A DNA stretch of 64,000 nucleotides from Lachnospiraceae bacterium (GCA_022774505.1 JALFLW010000079.1:158-64157); one strand, 5' to 3'; shown: positions 1-10,045, counted from the stretch's first letter. Numbers and translations are program-made. Notes: generated from the sequence alone by a model not told the origin.

Positions 1-19
1 TTTTATTCTACTTTTGTAG

Positions 20-940
20 TCAGTCTTTCAGGTTCCTTAATAATTTATCAAAATACTCCGGCAGCGGTGCATCAAATTCCATATATTTTTTTGTCCGCGG
101 ATGTATAAAGCCCAATGTTTTTGCATGCAAAGTCTGTCCCTGTAAATGAAACGGACATTTTTGTGGTCCATATATCTGGTCTCCCAGTATTGGATGACCT
201 ATACTTGCCATATGTACCCGGATCTGATGTGTTCTTCCGGTTTCCAATTGACATTCGATATATGTGTACTGATGGTTTAGTTCATTCAATATATGATAAT
301 GAGTGATCGCTTCTTTTCCGTTTTTTTCATTGATCGCCATTTTCTTACGGTCAATCGGATGGCGTCCTATTTTTCCTGATATCGTGCCATCTTCCGATAA
401 ATGTCCCAGCACGATTGCGTGATATTTTCTTGTTATTGAATGTTCTTTCAGCTGCTCTGCTATAAACTGATGTGCCTGATCGTTTTTACATGCAACGATC
501 ACTCCGGTAGTATCCTGATCGATCCTATGGACAATTCCCGGACGAAGCACCCCGTTAATCCCCGACAATGACTCTCTGCAATGATACATCAACGCGTTCA
601 CAATTGTTCCTGTATAATGCCCAGGAGCCGGATGAACCACCATTTGTTTGGGTTTATTTATCAAAATTATATCATCATCCTCATAAATAATATCAAGAGG
701 TATATTTTCTGCCTTAATTTCCAGAATGGTAGGCGGAGCTGTCTCAAATCGAATCTTTTCTCCAGCTGTTATTTTATAGCTCGGCTTAACTGGTTTTTCC
801 TCAACAAAAGCATGTCCGCTTTTTATATTTTTTTGAATAAAAGACCGTGAATATTCCGGTAATTTTGCAACCAGGAAGGAATCCAGTCTCTTCCCCTCAT
901 CAACAATATCCACTACAAATTTATACATCTGCTCATTCAT
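20..940 (-). CDS. rluD: RluA-family 23S rRNA pseudouridine synthase (RluD-like)
   Basis: 306-aa ORF. N-terminal S4-like segment (RLDSFL), catalytic-Asp motif HRIDQDTTGVIV, and GRTHQIRVH near the C-terminus. The start abuts the lspA stop, giving the lspA-rluD pairing common in Firmicutes. Confidence 0.85.
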   Translation of the reverse strand: MNEQMYKFVVDIVDEGKRLDSFLVAKLPEYSRSFIQKNIKSGHAFVEEKPVKPSYKITAGEKIRFETAPPTILEIKAENIPLDIIYEDDDIILINKPKQMVVHPAPGHYTGTIVNALMYHCRESLSGINGVLRPGIVHRIDQDTTGVIVACKNDQAHQFIAEQLKEHSITRKYHAIVLGHLSEDGTISGKIGRHPIDRKKMAINEKNGKEAITHYHILNELNHQYTYIECQLETGRTHQIRVHMASIGHPILGDQIYGPQKCPFHLQGQTLHAKTLGFIHPRTKKYMEFDAPLPEYFDKLLRNLKD

Positions 941-1452
941 TATTTCTTCCCTTCTGACTTGCTGTGAGCATAACGTAATTCCTCTAAATCCTCCTCACTA
1001 TAGACAAATCCGAATAATACAGCTAATATGATTGCGGCAACCACAACATAGCAGTCTGCAATATTAAAGATTGGGAAATCAATCAGCTTAACATAGAGAA
1101 AATCGATAACATAACCACGAACAATACGATCATACATATTGCCAACAGCTCCTGCAGCCAGCATCAGCGTCATTAACTGCTGTATACAAAATTTGCGTGT
1201 AAATGGTGTTTTTATATACAGATATATAACTGCTAGCAATATAATACCGGTAATCACAGCTAACAGTATTTGCTTTCCCTGTAAAATGCCAAATGCAGCT
1301 CCGTGATTTTCCAGATATTGCAAAACAAATACATCTCCTAATATCTTCTTTTCCCCTGATCCTTTCAGAGTCTCGGCAGCCAGCATCTTTGCCCACTGAT
1401 CCAGACCGATCATAACTAAAAATGTAAGAAAACCCGATATATATTTTTTCAT
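940..1452 (-). CDS. lspA: lipoprotein signal peptidase (signal peptidase II)
   Basis: 170-aa polytopic membrane ORF with NHGAAFG and FPIFNIAD motifs typical of LspA. Confidence 0.9.
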   Translation of the reverse strand: MKKYISGFLTFLVMIGLDQWAKMLAAETLKGSGEKKILGDVFVLQYLENHGAAFGILQGKQILLAVITGIILLAVIYLYIKTPFTRKFCIQQLMTLMLAAGAVGNMYDRIVRGYVIDFLYVKLIDFPIFNIADCYVVVAAIILAVLFGFVYSEEDLEELRYAHSKSEGKK

Positions 1453-1553
1453 TTCAGCCTTCCTTTCTATTTCTAATCTTCTATTTCCAAAAAAACTGCC
1501 AAATCGAACTGATATGACCGATTCGGCAGTTTTAATATTTCATTCAAATAATA

Positions 1554-3836
1554 TTATTTATCAGCATCAATAAAAGTAAATGGTGTTACACTTTGTTCCT
1601 CGTCCGCTTTTTTCTCTTCTACCGGATTCTCTGGTTTTGTTACTGCAAATTCATCATCTGCCGGTGGAACATTACTAAATTCATCCGGAGCAGTAAACAA
1701 TTCGCCCGGTGCCGGAGGTATCAGTCCATTTCCTGTCGGATCCACACCACTGATCCCATCAGAGAAATCCTCTTCCTTTGTTTCAGATTTTTCTGATTTT
1801 GCATCCCTTGCCACAGAACCAGTATAAGGAATGTTATCCGCAGAGCCAAAATATGTTTCATTTGTTACATAAGTTTCTGTATCATATGTCTCCTGAACAG
1901 TTGGTTCTTCTGTCGTAGCAGATTCCTCTTTATTAAGGGAAGCCATTGCCTCAGCTGCAATAGCATCCAGATCTGCTGATACATCAGGAACATCTGGCTC
2001 ATCATCTGATTTCTTCACATCCAGCTTGCTAAAGTCAGGCATTGGTACCGCATGAGGGATTACAGGTTCAGGAGAAGCCGCTGCCTCTTCTGCTGCATCT
2101 AATTTGCCGAAATCAGGCATTGGTATACTATGCTCTTTTTCCTGTACGGCTTCTTCAACAGGCTCAGCCTTGATCTCCTGCTCTGCCTCTGCTGCAGCCG
2201 GAACAGGATCAGGAATTGAATATGTCATATTATCAGCAGAACCAAAATATGTTTCATTTGTCACATAAGTTTCTGCATCATATGTCTCCTGAACAGTCGG
2301 AAGCTCGTCTGTTGTTGTCGGTGGAATCTCATTTTCTGTATCTGTCTGAGTTTTTCCCTCTGGTTTCTTCTCCTCTTTAATAACCTCTGTTACTGTATCT
2401 TTGGTATCTACACTCTTATCTAATGGCTTTTCTGAAGAAACTGCAGCCTCTGTCTCATCGTTCTTTACCGGTACGAAATCGTCATAAGAGGTTCCAAGCA
2501 TTCCATTAGATTCAGAAAATGGATTTTCTGCTGACTCACTTTTCATTTCCTTTAATGCTTCATTCGCAATAGAGTCAATCTCTGCCAGCTTTGACTTAAT
2601 ATCATCTTCCGGTGTCTCTTCCTTTTCCTTGTCCTCCGGTTCCATGTAAGCAACTGCTTCCTCAGCAGCCACATAAATTCCCTGTGCAGCTCCTATTTTC
2701 TCTCCGGATGGTGTTTCAATATTCAGAGAAGCCGGCTCTGTCATTTCTTCCGGCTTTTCATTTTCTGCAGTATCTGCTCCTAATCCACCCGCAAGGATAT
2801 CTTCTTCAGGTTCTTCTGTCTCCGGAGCCGTATCTTCCACGGGAAGATCTAGCTCTTTCGTATGCTCTTCCATATCATCAACACTCTTCTTGGCCGCAGC
2901 CTGTTCCTCTGCCATTTTTACATGCTGAGATTCCAAAAGAGCCTCCAGATCTGCTGTATCGATCTGATCATGCGTATCCTCCAGCTTCGCAAGCTGATCA
3001 TTTAAAAGTATCTTAAACTGCTTTTTATAATCATCATAGCAGCCCATCAGTTTTTTCACGATAGAAGTAAGTTCTGCAATCTGCTCACCGGATTCCTCTA
3101 ACTTTTCTTCTGTTTTCTTTCTTGTATCTTTTATGATCTCATCTGCTGATTTCTTTGTATCGGCCATAATGCGGTCTGCCCTCTCATTCGCATTATGCAT
3201 AATATTGTCCGCTTTCTTCTCAGCTTCAGCCACCAACGCATCGGCCTTCTTTTGCGACTTCTCTGCCAATGCATCCGCTTTGTTCTGAGCATCAGCTGTA
3301 AGCTTCTCGGCTTTTTCCTCTGCCTCTTTTGTCACTGCTGAAGCTTTTTCTTCTGATTCACGGGTCAGCTTCTCAGCCGTTTCTTCTGATTCGCGGGTCA
3401 ACTTTGCCGCTTTTTCTTCAGAATCCCGTTTTAAGGTAGCAGCCCGTTCTTCTGATTCACGGGTCAGTTTATTTGCCTTTTCCTGTGCATCTGCTACAAG
3501 ACCGTCTGCTCTTGATTTTGCCTCACGAAGCATAACCTCCGCCTTAGCTCTTGATTCCTTTTCTACCTGTGCAGCAGCAGTCTTGGATGTCTCTAATGTT
3601 TCTGACGCAGTCTGCTCCGCTAATACCAGTGTTTTCTGCAGAGTCCCCTCCATCTGCTTATAATACTGGATTCCCTCGCTCAAGGTCGTGATCTTTTTCT
3701 TCAGATCACCATTTTCCTTGTAAATCTGTTCGTAACTCTCCCTAATTGCTTCAAGAAAATCATCCGTCTCCTTTTTGTTATATCCACCCATTGTGGACTT
3801 CAATACATGATTTTGAATGTCAATCGGTGTAAGCAT
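1554..3836 (-). CDS. divIVA: DivIVA-domain protein with very long coiled-coil and acidic repeat-containing C-terminal extension
   Basis: N-terminus MLTPIDIQNHVLKSTMGGYNKKETDDFL is a canonical DivIVA lipid-binding domain. It lies downstream of sepF-yggT as in the Firmicutes division cluster. The remaining ~650 aa are Ala/Glu/Lys coiled coil followed by Pro/Glu/Asp/Thr-rich repeats. Confidence 0.8.
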   Translation of the reverse strand: MLTPIDIQNHVLKSTMGGYNKKETDDFLEAIRESYEQIYKENGDLKKKITTLSEGIQYYKQMEGTLQKTLVLAEQTASETLETSKTAAAQVEKESRAKAEVMLREAKSRADGLVADAQEKANKLTRESEERAATLKRDSEEKAAKLTRESEETAEKLTRESEEKASAVTKEAEEKAEKLTADAQNKADALAEKSQKKADALVAEAEKKADNIMHNANERADRIMADTKKSADEIIKDTRKKTEEKLEESGEQIAELTSIVKKLMGCYDDYKKQFKILLNDQLAKLEDTHDQIDTADLEALLESQHVKMAEEQAAAKKSVDDMEEHTKELDLPVEDTAPETEEPEEDILAGGLGADTAENEKPEEMTEPASLNIETPSGEKIGAAQGIYVAAEEAVAYMEPEDKEKEETPEDDIKSKLAEIDSIANEALKEMKSESAENPFSESNGMLGTSYDDFVPVKNDETEAAVSSEKPLDKSVDTKDTVTEVIKEEKKPEGKTQTDTENEIPPTTTDELPTVQETYDAETYVTNETYFGSADNMTYSIPDPVPAAAEAEQEIKAEPVEEAVQEKEHSIPMPDFGKLDAAEEAAASPEPVIPHAVPMPDFSKLDVKKSDDEPDVPDVSADLDAIAAEAMASLNKEESATTEEPTVQETYDTETYVTNETYFGSADNIPYTGSVARDAKSEKSETKEEDFSDGISGVDPTGNGLIPPAPGELFTAPDEFSNVPPADDEFAVTKPENPVEEKKADEEQSVTPFTFIDADK
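1841..2297 (-). repeat. pair of 61-bp near-identical direct repeats (1841-1901 and 2237-2297), 396 bp apart, inside divIVA
   Basis: Read directly. Both copies encode TVQETYDxETYVTNETYFGSADN. Between them is a second short duplication encoding PMPDF(G/S)KLD. Confidence 0.85.
3349..3480 (-). repeat. 33-bp (11-aa) tandem repeat, 4 units, inside the divIVA coiled coil
   Basis: ttcttctgattcacgggtcag-like units start at 3349, 3381, 3414 and 3447. They encode KLTRESEExAx heptad/undecad-like units. Confidence 0.8.
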
Positions 3837-3858
3837 AATACATTCCCTCCTCTGAAAA

Positions 3859-4134
3859 TTATAAAATGTTCATAATATAGGAACAAAGTTCCTGTAAATA
3901 GGTCAAGACCAATAACAAGATATACGATCCAAGATCTAACCGCACAGTATACAAAATAGAATTTCTCAAAAGATACTGCACAGGATACCATATCGGTGTC
4001 ATTAATACTGCTAAAAATGAAACAATCTTATTTCCAAACGGAAAGCGGATTATTATATCTCTCAACAGATATAACAGTACAATAACATCTAATACAAGCA
4101 AAAAATATTGAATGGTATATAATATCAGACGCAT
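3859..4134 (-). CDS. YggT-family small membrane protein (YlmG-like)
   Basis: 91-aa two-helix hydrophobic ORF lying between sepF and divIVA, the conserved YggT/YlmG position. Confidence 0.7.
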   Translation of the reverse strand: MRLILYTIQYFLLVLDVIVLLYLLRDIIIRFPFGNKIVSFLAVLMTPIWYPVQYLLRNSILYTVRLDLGSYILLLVLTYLQELCSYIMNIL

Positions 4135-4135
4135 C

Positions 4136-4720
4136 TTAGAACTCCTTGTTTAAGGTTGGAATCCCAAACTCATCATCCTTCGATAATTCCAGATAATCTC
4201 CTGATATATCCACATTCTCCGGCGAGAAAATAAAAATGTAACGGGAAATCTGATGCATTTTTCCTGATATTGCAAAAATACAGCCTGATATAAAATCCAT
4301 GATCCTCTGAGCTTCCAGAATGTCAATCCCCTCCAAATTGACAACAACAGCTCGTCCCTGCAGAAGCATCTCACAAGCATCTGTGGAATCTCCGAAATTC
4401 TTCGGCTTACATATACATACTTCTAACCCACGGGATGTGGTGCGGATCGGAACAACCTTATTAGAAGCTGTTCTGACAGATGTACGTCGTGGTGCCTGTT
4501 CAGGCTCCGGCTGACGAAAATCCTCTTCCTCGTCATAAGAGGACCGGCGTGCATTCTTTCTCTCTGCACGTTCCTTACGCTTCTGCTCCTTTTCTAACAG
4601 ACGCCTTTCTTCTTCCTGATCAATATCATCTTCGAAATCGTCCTCATAGTAATCATCATCATAATCCTCGTCATCGCCAAGTCTTAATAACTGCAGTAGA
4701 TTTCCTAATGGATTTGCCAT
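4136..4720 (-). CDS. sepF: cell division protein SepF
   Basis: 194 aa. Acidic/basic low-complexity N-half. C-terminal domain VVVNLEGIDILEAQRIMDFISGCIFAISGKMHQISRYIFIFSP is typical of SepF. Synteny yggS-sepF-yggT-divIVA. Confidence 0.85.
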   Translation of the reverse strand: MANPLGNLLQLLRLGDDEDYDDDYYEDDFEDDIDQEEERRLLEKEQKRKERAERKNARRSSYDEEEDFRQPEPEQAPRRTSVRTASNKVVPIRTTSRGLEVCICKPKNFGDSTDACEMLLQGRAVVVNLEGIDILEAQRIMDFISGCIFAISGKMHQISRYIFIFSPENVDISGDYLELSKDDEFGIPTLNKEF

Positions 4721-4829
4721 ATTATTACCTCCTGATGCTCCTCACATCTTTTTTATCATATATTTTATTTCTAATTAAAGAAAATTCACAAACATGCACC
4801 TGAATGGATATTATATCCCACATGTCTGC

Positions 4830-5528
4830 TTATGAATGATAATTCCTCTCTCCAAAAATTCCTGTACCCACACGAACATGTGTCGCACCTTCCTCAACAG
4901 CAACCTGATAGTCACCTGTCATTCCCATAGAGAGAACACTCATATCAACATTATCAATGTTTTTTGCTCTAATGTCAACCGACAATTTCTTTAATTGACG
5001 AAAAATACCGCGATTTTCTTCCGGATCCTGCACATACGGGGCAATTGTCATTAATCCGCGTATATGTAAATGCGGCAGCCCGGCAATCTGCTCCACCAGA
5101 CTCATGGTATCTTCCAGCTTCAAACCAAATTTAGATGCTTCCTGTGCTACATTCACTTCAACCAATATATCAGCCTCTGCATCTTTCTTAACACATTCCT
5201 TTTCAATTGCCTCTGCGAGATGATAAGAGTCTACGGAATGGATCAGACAGGCTTTTCCTATAATATATTTTATCTTATTGGTTTGAAGATGACCGATAAA
5301 GTGCCATTTAACGTCCTGTGGAAGCTGCTCGAACTTTTCTTTCAGCTCCTGGGCTTTATTCTCACCAAATTCACGCTTTCCGGCTTCATAAGCTTCCCGG
5401 ATCATTTCAACGGGCTTTGTCTTACTGACACAGATCAGCGTAACGTCTGATTCGCTGCGCCCCGCTCTTTGGCATGCCTTCCTTATATTTTCCTCGACAA
5501 TCTTTAGATTTTCCCTGACCATGATCAT
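4830..5528 (-). CDS. yggS: YggS-family pyridoxal-phosphate homeostasis protein (YlmE)
   Basis: 232 aa. Motifs LICVSKTKP (PLP lysine), HFIGHLQTNK, LSMGMTGDY and RVGTGIFG. Confidence 0.85.
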   Translation of the reverse strand: MIMVRENLKIVEENIRKACQRAGRSESDVTLICVSKTKPVEMIREAYEAGKREFGENKAQELKEKFEQLPQDVKWHFIGHLQTNKIKYIIGKACLIHSVDSYHLAEAIEKECVKKDAEADILVEVNVAQEASKFGLKLEDTMSLVEQIAGLPHLHIRGLMTIAPYVQDPEENRGIFRQLKKLSVDIRAKNIDNVDMSVLSMGMTGDYQVAVEEGATHVRVGTGIFGERNYHS

Positions 5529-5543
5529 TCCTCCATACTGTTA

Positions 5544-6959
5544 TTAATATATTATGTCATCCTCGCCTATCGTTTTAGGATCTAAAACAATATGATCGTA
5601 AGAAGATAATCCATTATTGGTATCCTTGCTGACAATACAATACTCACTATTCTGATATAATATCTCTACAGGACGAAACTCGCAGTACCCTTTGTTGCAG
5701 CAATACACACCGTCGATCTTTTGAACCTCCGACAACCGTATGACATCCGATCCAACCATATCACTGGCTATCTCCGTTCCTGCCGGCAGGGCATCTGCAG
5801 GAATGTAACAATACTTCTGCGTATCATCTTCTGTATCATCATCAAAAGACAATATCAATGTACTAACCGGATCATATTGTGGTGATCCATCCTTTTTGTA
5901 TGAAACCTTTTCCACAACCTGACCCTTTTCCTGGCTTTCCACAATATATTCTGCAGGTATTTTATAAAAATCTTTATGCAGCACAGATGATTTCGGTATC
6001 TTCAAACCTGCTTCATCATTCATTTTAATCTCCAGATCAATATACCGGTTATTGATATATTGGATCATATAACGCTTCAGGTCAATTCGTGCATAATAGC
6101 CTCCGTCCATTGTAAAAGTGGTAACCTGAGGATTGACCCTGGCCTGGATCTTCTTTAAGGTGACTGTTATATTTTTTTCTTTCTGAATGTTTGTAAACTG
6201 CTCTTTAGACAATGGAAATACAACGGACCAGCTTTCATTCGTCACAAGTCTGTAAATCGGTGTTTTCGCTTTTACCGATTTTGTCTGACGAAGCTGTTTC
6301 TGTTCATCTGCTGTAGACTCAAATGTTTCTGCGGTTATGTCATTCATATCCAGCCCCTCCATCCCGTCTGAAGTATACGATATGATTCCACTCTCGCCGG
6401 CACTTCCAAACCGAAAGGAACTGTCTCCTCCTTCTTTTTTTAAGATATTCGTGACATTGTCCAAAAGCTGTGCATTTGTCAACTCAGAAACTGTATTTTC
6501 CAGATTATATTTAAAATTATATGTTTCATCAAAATGAGCCAGATCAAAAGATGTTCTGTAAGCATCTATCTCGCTGCGGATATCATTTGTATTCTTTTGG
6601 GAAATAGTGATCTGTTCCGTCTCCGAATCAGCAAGCTGATTATATATCTGTCCGGTCTCATCAATGGAATATATTTTCGTTCGGGCACCAACCTTCGTTC
6701 CATCCGCCACGTAATAATTGATATATCCACTCTGATCACTTTTGACTAATTTTTCATTACGCATAATGATCCCGCGAACCAGATTATCTTCGGCAATCTT
6801 TTTTTCAGTCACTTCATAAATAGAAACATGATTTTTGGTAAAGGAAGAAATTCCCTGAAACAAAATATATATCGAAAACAAAATCAGAAAGAATCCTGTC
6901 AGCTTTGGTTTCTTTCGTTTCATGCGAACAACCTTTTTGGAACGATAACGGTCTGCCAC
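5544..6959 (-). CDS. membrane-anchored protein of unknown function (possibly HlyD-like barrel-sandwich fold; unverified)
   Basis: 471-aa ORF with a basic N-terminus and one TM helix (LTGFFLILFSIYILFQG) followed by a large extracytoplasmic domain. I could read no diagnostic catalytic motif. It is immediately upstream of yggS. Confidence 0.4.
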   Translation of the reverse strand: MADRYRSKKVVRMKRKKPKLTGFFLILFSIYILFQGISSFTKNHVSIYEVTEKKIAEDNLVRGIIMRNEKLVKSDQSGYINYYVADGTKVGARTKIYSIDETGQIYNQLADSETEQITISQKNTNDIRSEIDAYRTSFDLAHFDETYNFKYNLENTVSELTNAQLLDNVTNILKKEGGDSSFRFGSAGESGIISYTSDGMEGLDMNDITAETFESTADEQKQLRQTKSVKAKTPIYRLVTNESWSVVFPLSKEQFTNIQKEKNITVTLKKIQARVNPQVTTFTMDGGYYARIDLKRYMIQYINNRYIDLEIKMNDEAGLKIPKSSVLHKDFYKIPAEYIVESQEKGQVVEKVSYKKDGSPQYDPVSTLILSFDDDTEDDTQKYCYIPADALPAGTEIASDMVGSDVIRLSEVQKIDGVYCCNKGYCEFRPVEILYQNSEYCIVSKDTNNGLSSYDHIVLDPKTIGEDDIIY

Positions 6960-7104
6960 AAAATTCCTCCCTTCATATAGCTATACTAACCTTATTATTA
7001 TAACTTTTTTTTGCAATTTTGACAAGACGAATGCATAATATTTTCCCTGTCTGGATACCCTAAAAATGTATCTTAAATCAGATGCAGAAAGGTATGGTGT
7101 TTTT

Positions 7105-7305
7105 ATGAAAACAATGGATTATATCGTACTGGTACTCATCATAATCGGTGCAGTAAACTGGGGGTTGATCGGTTTTCTGCAATTTGATCTGGTCCGGGTT
7201 TTGTTTGGTAATATGAGCATGTTTTCCAGAATCATCTATGCAGTCGTCGGATTAAGCGGGTTATACGCCATCAGTTATTTCGGTCGGATCCGTTCCACCA
7301 TGTAA
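7105..7305 (+). CDS. DUF378-family small membrane protein
   Basis: MKTMDYIVLVLIIIGAVNWGLIGF... matches the GAxNWGLxG signature I recall for DUF378. The start was moved to the ATG at 7105, downstream of a gaaagg SD. Confidence 0.65.
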   Translation: MKTMDYIVLVLIIIGAVNWGLIGFLQFDLVRVLFGNMSMFSRIIYAVVGLSGLYAISYFGRIRSTM

Positions 7306-7319
7306 AAAAAAGAGAGGAC

Positions 7320-8348
7320 TTATTTTCCTCTCTTTACATATTCCAAAAGGTGATTCATCTGTTCATACATAGAATAAGATGAATCTGCCTTCAAAATAAC
7401 CGATATATATTCCTGCTGCTTCTTATCGTGCGTCAGCATAACAATACAGCTTCCTGCCTTGATAGTCGTTCCTGATTTTCCTCCTATGACAGTCAGTCCC
7501 TTCGGCGGCTGTTTGGAACCGGACAGATAAGGATCAGACGTGGTCATCTCCAGCGACTGTTTCTTTCCCTGTGCATTTTTCCATTCTGCAGTATATTTCG
7601 TCGTTTGGATAATCTCTCGAAACTCATCATATTTTAACAATTCATGAAATATCAGATACAGATCATATGCCGTCGTATAATGATCGTCATCATGAAGCCC
7701 ATGAGAATTTGAAAAATGCGTTCCACTGGCACCTATTGCTACCAGCTCCTGATTCATTTTGCTGACAAATTCTGTTTCCGAGCCGGAAATATGTTCTGCG
7801 ATCGCTACCGATGCATCATTTCCCGAATATACCAGCATGCAGTATAATAAATCCTTTACGGAAATCTTATCGCCCTCCTGAAAGCCACACATCCTTGCAC
7901 CGGGTTCATTAATATGAGAAGCATCATAGCTTACTGTTACCTCATCATTCATATTTGCATATTTTAATGCCATCCACGCCGTTGCAATTTTTGATACACT
8001 GGCAGGATATTCACTGGAATATACATTTTGAGCATAACACAGCTTATTGCGGGTATCATCAATAAGTAATGCCGCATCAGCGGTAATAGCAGCATCTGTA
8101 GCTGCATTTTTTGCTTTTGGCACTACGCAGATATCCTCAGACAGAAATCCGGAAGCGGAACCCTGTTGTGGATCAGCTGTAGCACTTCCTGCCGTTTCAT
8201 CATACTGTATCTGTGTATCAGAAACAGGTACGGTATCAACACTGCAGCCTGTCATAAAAGCCAGATTTCCTAATATAAATAGAATAAACAAACAGAAGCT
8301 GGCAGACATTCTGCTAAAACTGTTTTTTATGATTTCATTAATCTTCAC
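7320..8348 (-). CDS. serine-type D-Ala-D-Ala carboxypeptidase (low-MW PBP, PBP5 class)
   Basis: 342 aa. Signal/lipobox-like N-terminus (LAFMTGCS). SxxK (SVSKIATA), SxN (YSGND) and KxG (GKSGTT) motifs occur in the correct order. Confidence 0.85.
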   Translation of the reverse strand: MKINEIIKNSFSRMSASFCLFILFILGNLAFMTGCSVDTVPVSDTQIQYDETAGSATADPQQGSASGFLSEDICVVPKAKNAATDAAITADAALLIDDTRNKLCYAQNVYSSEYPASVSKIATAWMALKYANMNDEVTVSYDASHINEPGARMCGFQEGDKISVKDLLYCMLVYSGNDASVAIAEHISGSETEFVSKMNQELVAIGASGTHFSNSHGLHDDDHYTTAYDLYLIFHELLKYDEFREIIQTTKYTAEWKNAQGKKQSLEMTTSDPYLSGSKQPPKGLTVIGGKSGTTIKAGSCIVMLTHDKKQQEYISVILKADSSYSMYEQMNHLLEYVKRGK

Positions 8349-8352
8349 GGAA

Positions 8353-8760
8353 TTATTCCTCTTCCTTTTTTATCATTTCACGCCACTCCAGGTCACCATG
8401 GTCCAATGCTTTTACTAACAGCTCTGCAGTAGCAAGATTCGTTGCAAACGGAATATTATATGTATCACACAGATGTATTACGTTCATAACATCCGGTTCA
8501 TGAGATTTCGGGGACTGTGGATCCCGGAGAAATATCACCATATCAATCTGATTGTGCTCGATCTGAGATGCCAGCTGCTGCTCTCCCCCCAAATGTCCCG
8601 CAAGATATTTATGCACTGTCAGATTAGTAACCTCCTCAATCAGACGACCGGTTGTACCTGTAGCATAAATCTCATGTTTGCTTAGAATTCCCCGATATGC
8701 GATCGTAAAATTCTGCATCAATATTTTCTTTGCATCATGTGCAATCAATCCAATGTTCAT
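8353..8760 (-). CDS. mgsA: methylglyoxal synthase
   Basis: MNIGLIAHDAKK... plus ATGTTG and the HEPDV motif region typical of MgsA. The start was trimmed to the internal ATG. Confidence 0.9.
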   Translation of the reverse strand: MNIGLIAHDAKKILMQNFTIAYRGILSKHEIYATGTTGRLIEEVTNLTVHKYLAGHLGGEQQLASQIEHNQIDMVIFLRDPQSPKSHEPDVMNVIHLCDTYNIPFATNLATAELLVKALDHGDLEWREMIKKEEE

Positions 8761-8799
8761 CTTCACCCCTCCTGGTATTTTCACCTTCTCTTATATAGT

Positions 8800-10029
8800 C
8801 TACAGGCTAAAATCAATGTCTATATTATTATCTGCATCTGAGTAGGCTTTTCGCATTGTAAATCCACCCTTTTTCGTCTTTGCCGGCTGTATACCTATGT
8901 TTATAACGAGACCGATCCCTATCATAGAAGACATCATGGAACTCAGACCGTTGCTTAAGAAAGGCAGCGGTAAACCGGTATTCGGAAAAAGAAATGTTAC
9001 AACACAGATATTACTGAATATCTGGAACATGAACATCGCGGATACCCCAACCGCAATCAACATTCCCAGAAAATCCTGTGCTTTTCTGGCTACTCTGAAG
9101 CATTTAAATATCAAAATACCAAACAACAATAAAACAAGACAGCATCCAAGAAAACCAAATTCCTCCGATATAACACTCCAGATAAAATCGCTTTCCCGGA
9201 TAGAAACACTGGTATATGCTCTGGAGCTTCCTGCTTTTGCACCATCCTTTAAAAACTTTCCATACAGACCGCCTTCCGCGATGGCATTTACGGCCGCTTT
9301 TTGCTGACGGTTAAGATCAACAATTCTCTTTACTGTAGAATCCTGATTTTTGAATGCAAAAATACGGTCATACTGATAGCCCTGCAGCAATAGATTATGT
9401 GGCTGCTGTACATACCAGTATAGTATCAATGTCACCGGCAGACCGACAGAAATGATCGGTACGATCACCCTGTAAGATAATCCGGCTACAAATGTCATGA
9501 CAGCCATTACAAAAAGTATGACAAGGCTTGATGACAGATCAGGCTGTATCACAATAGCCCCAAAAGCCGGCAGCGTCAATAAAACAATCCATATAACCGA
9601 TTTAAACTGATCCAGCTGCTTTCGTATTTTACAAAACAGCGTTGCCAGGGTTAATATGAATATCACCTTTAACAGCTCCGATGGCTGAAACGTAATACTG
9701 CCCACCGGCATCTTTATCCATCTGGTTGATCCTGTATCTAAATCCGTTCCTATACCCGGAATCTTTGTTAAGATAACGAGTACCACTCCAACAACAAAAT
9801 AGATACCTACAAATCTACATATAAAATGATAATCCAGCACAGACAAAAAAGCAACTATAAAAAGCCCCATGATCATTCCAACGATCTGCCCTTTCATATA
9901 GCCAGCTCCCTTTTCTGCACCGCCTGCCAGTTTTAACATAAATGCACTAACCAGACATAAAATAACAACAATAACGATCAGGGAATAATTAAAATTGCGC
10001 CAATCATATTGCTTTAATCTGTTTATCAT
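8800..10029 (-). CDS. rodA: SEDS-family peptidoglycan polymerase (FtsW/RodA/SpoVE); RodA by context
   Basis: 409-aa polytopic membrane protein ending in the conserved TGLPLPFLSNGLSSMM motif. It follows minCDE and the mre genes. Confidence 0.8.
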   Translation of the reverse strand: MINRLKQYDWRNFNYSLIVIVVILCLVSAFMLKLAGGAEKGAGYMKGQIVGMIMGLFIVAFLSVLDYHFICRFVGIYFVVGVVLVILTKIPGIGTDLDTGSTRWIKMPVGSITFQPSELLKVIFILTLATLFCKIRKQLDQFKSVIWIVLLTLPAFGAIVIQPDLSSSLVILFVMAVMTFVAGLSYRVIVPIISVGLPVTLILYWYVQQPHNLLLQGYQYDRIFAFKNQDSTVKRIVDLNRQQKAAVNAIAEGGLYGKFLKDGAKAGSSRAYTSVSIRESDFIWSVISEEFGFLGCCLVLLLFGILIFKCFRVARKAQDFLGMLIAVGVSAMFMFQIFSNICVVTFLFPNTGLPLPFLSNGLSSMMSSMIGIGLVINIGIQPAKTKKGGFTMRKAYSDADNNIDIDFSL

Positions 10030-10045
10030 GTGCCTCTACTTCCTC

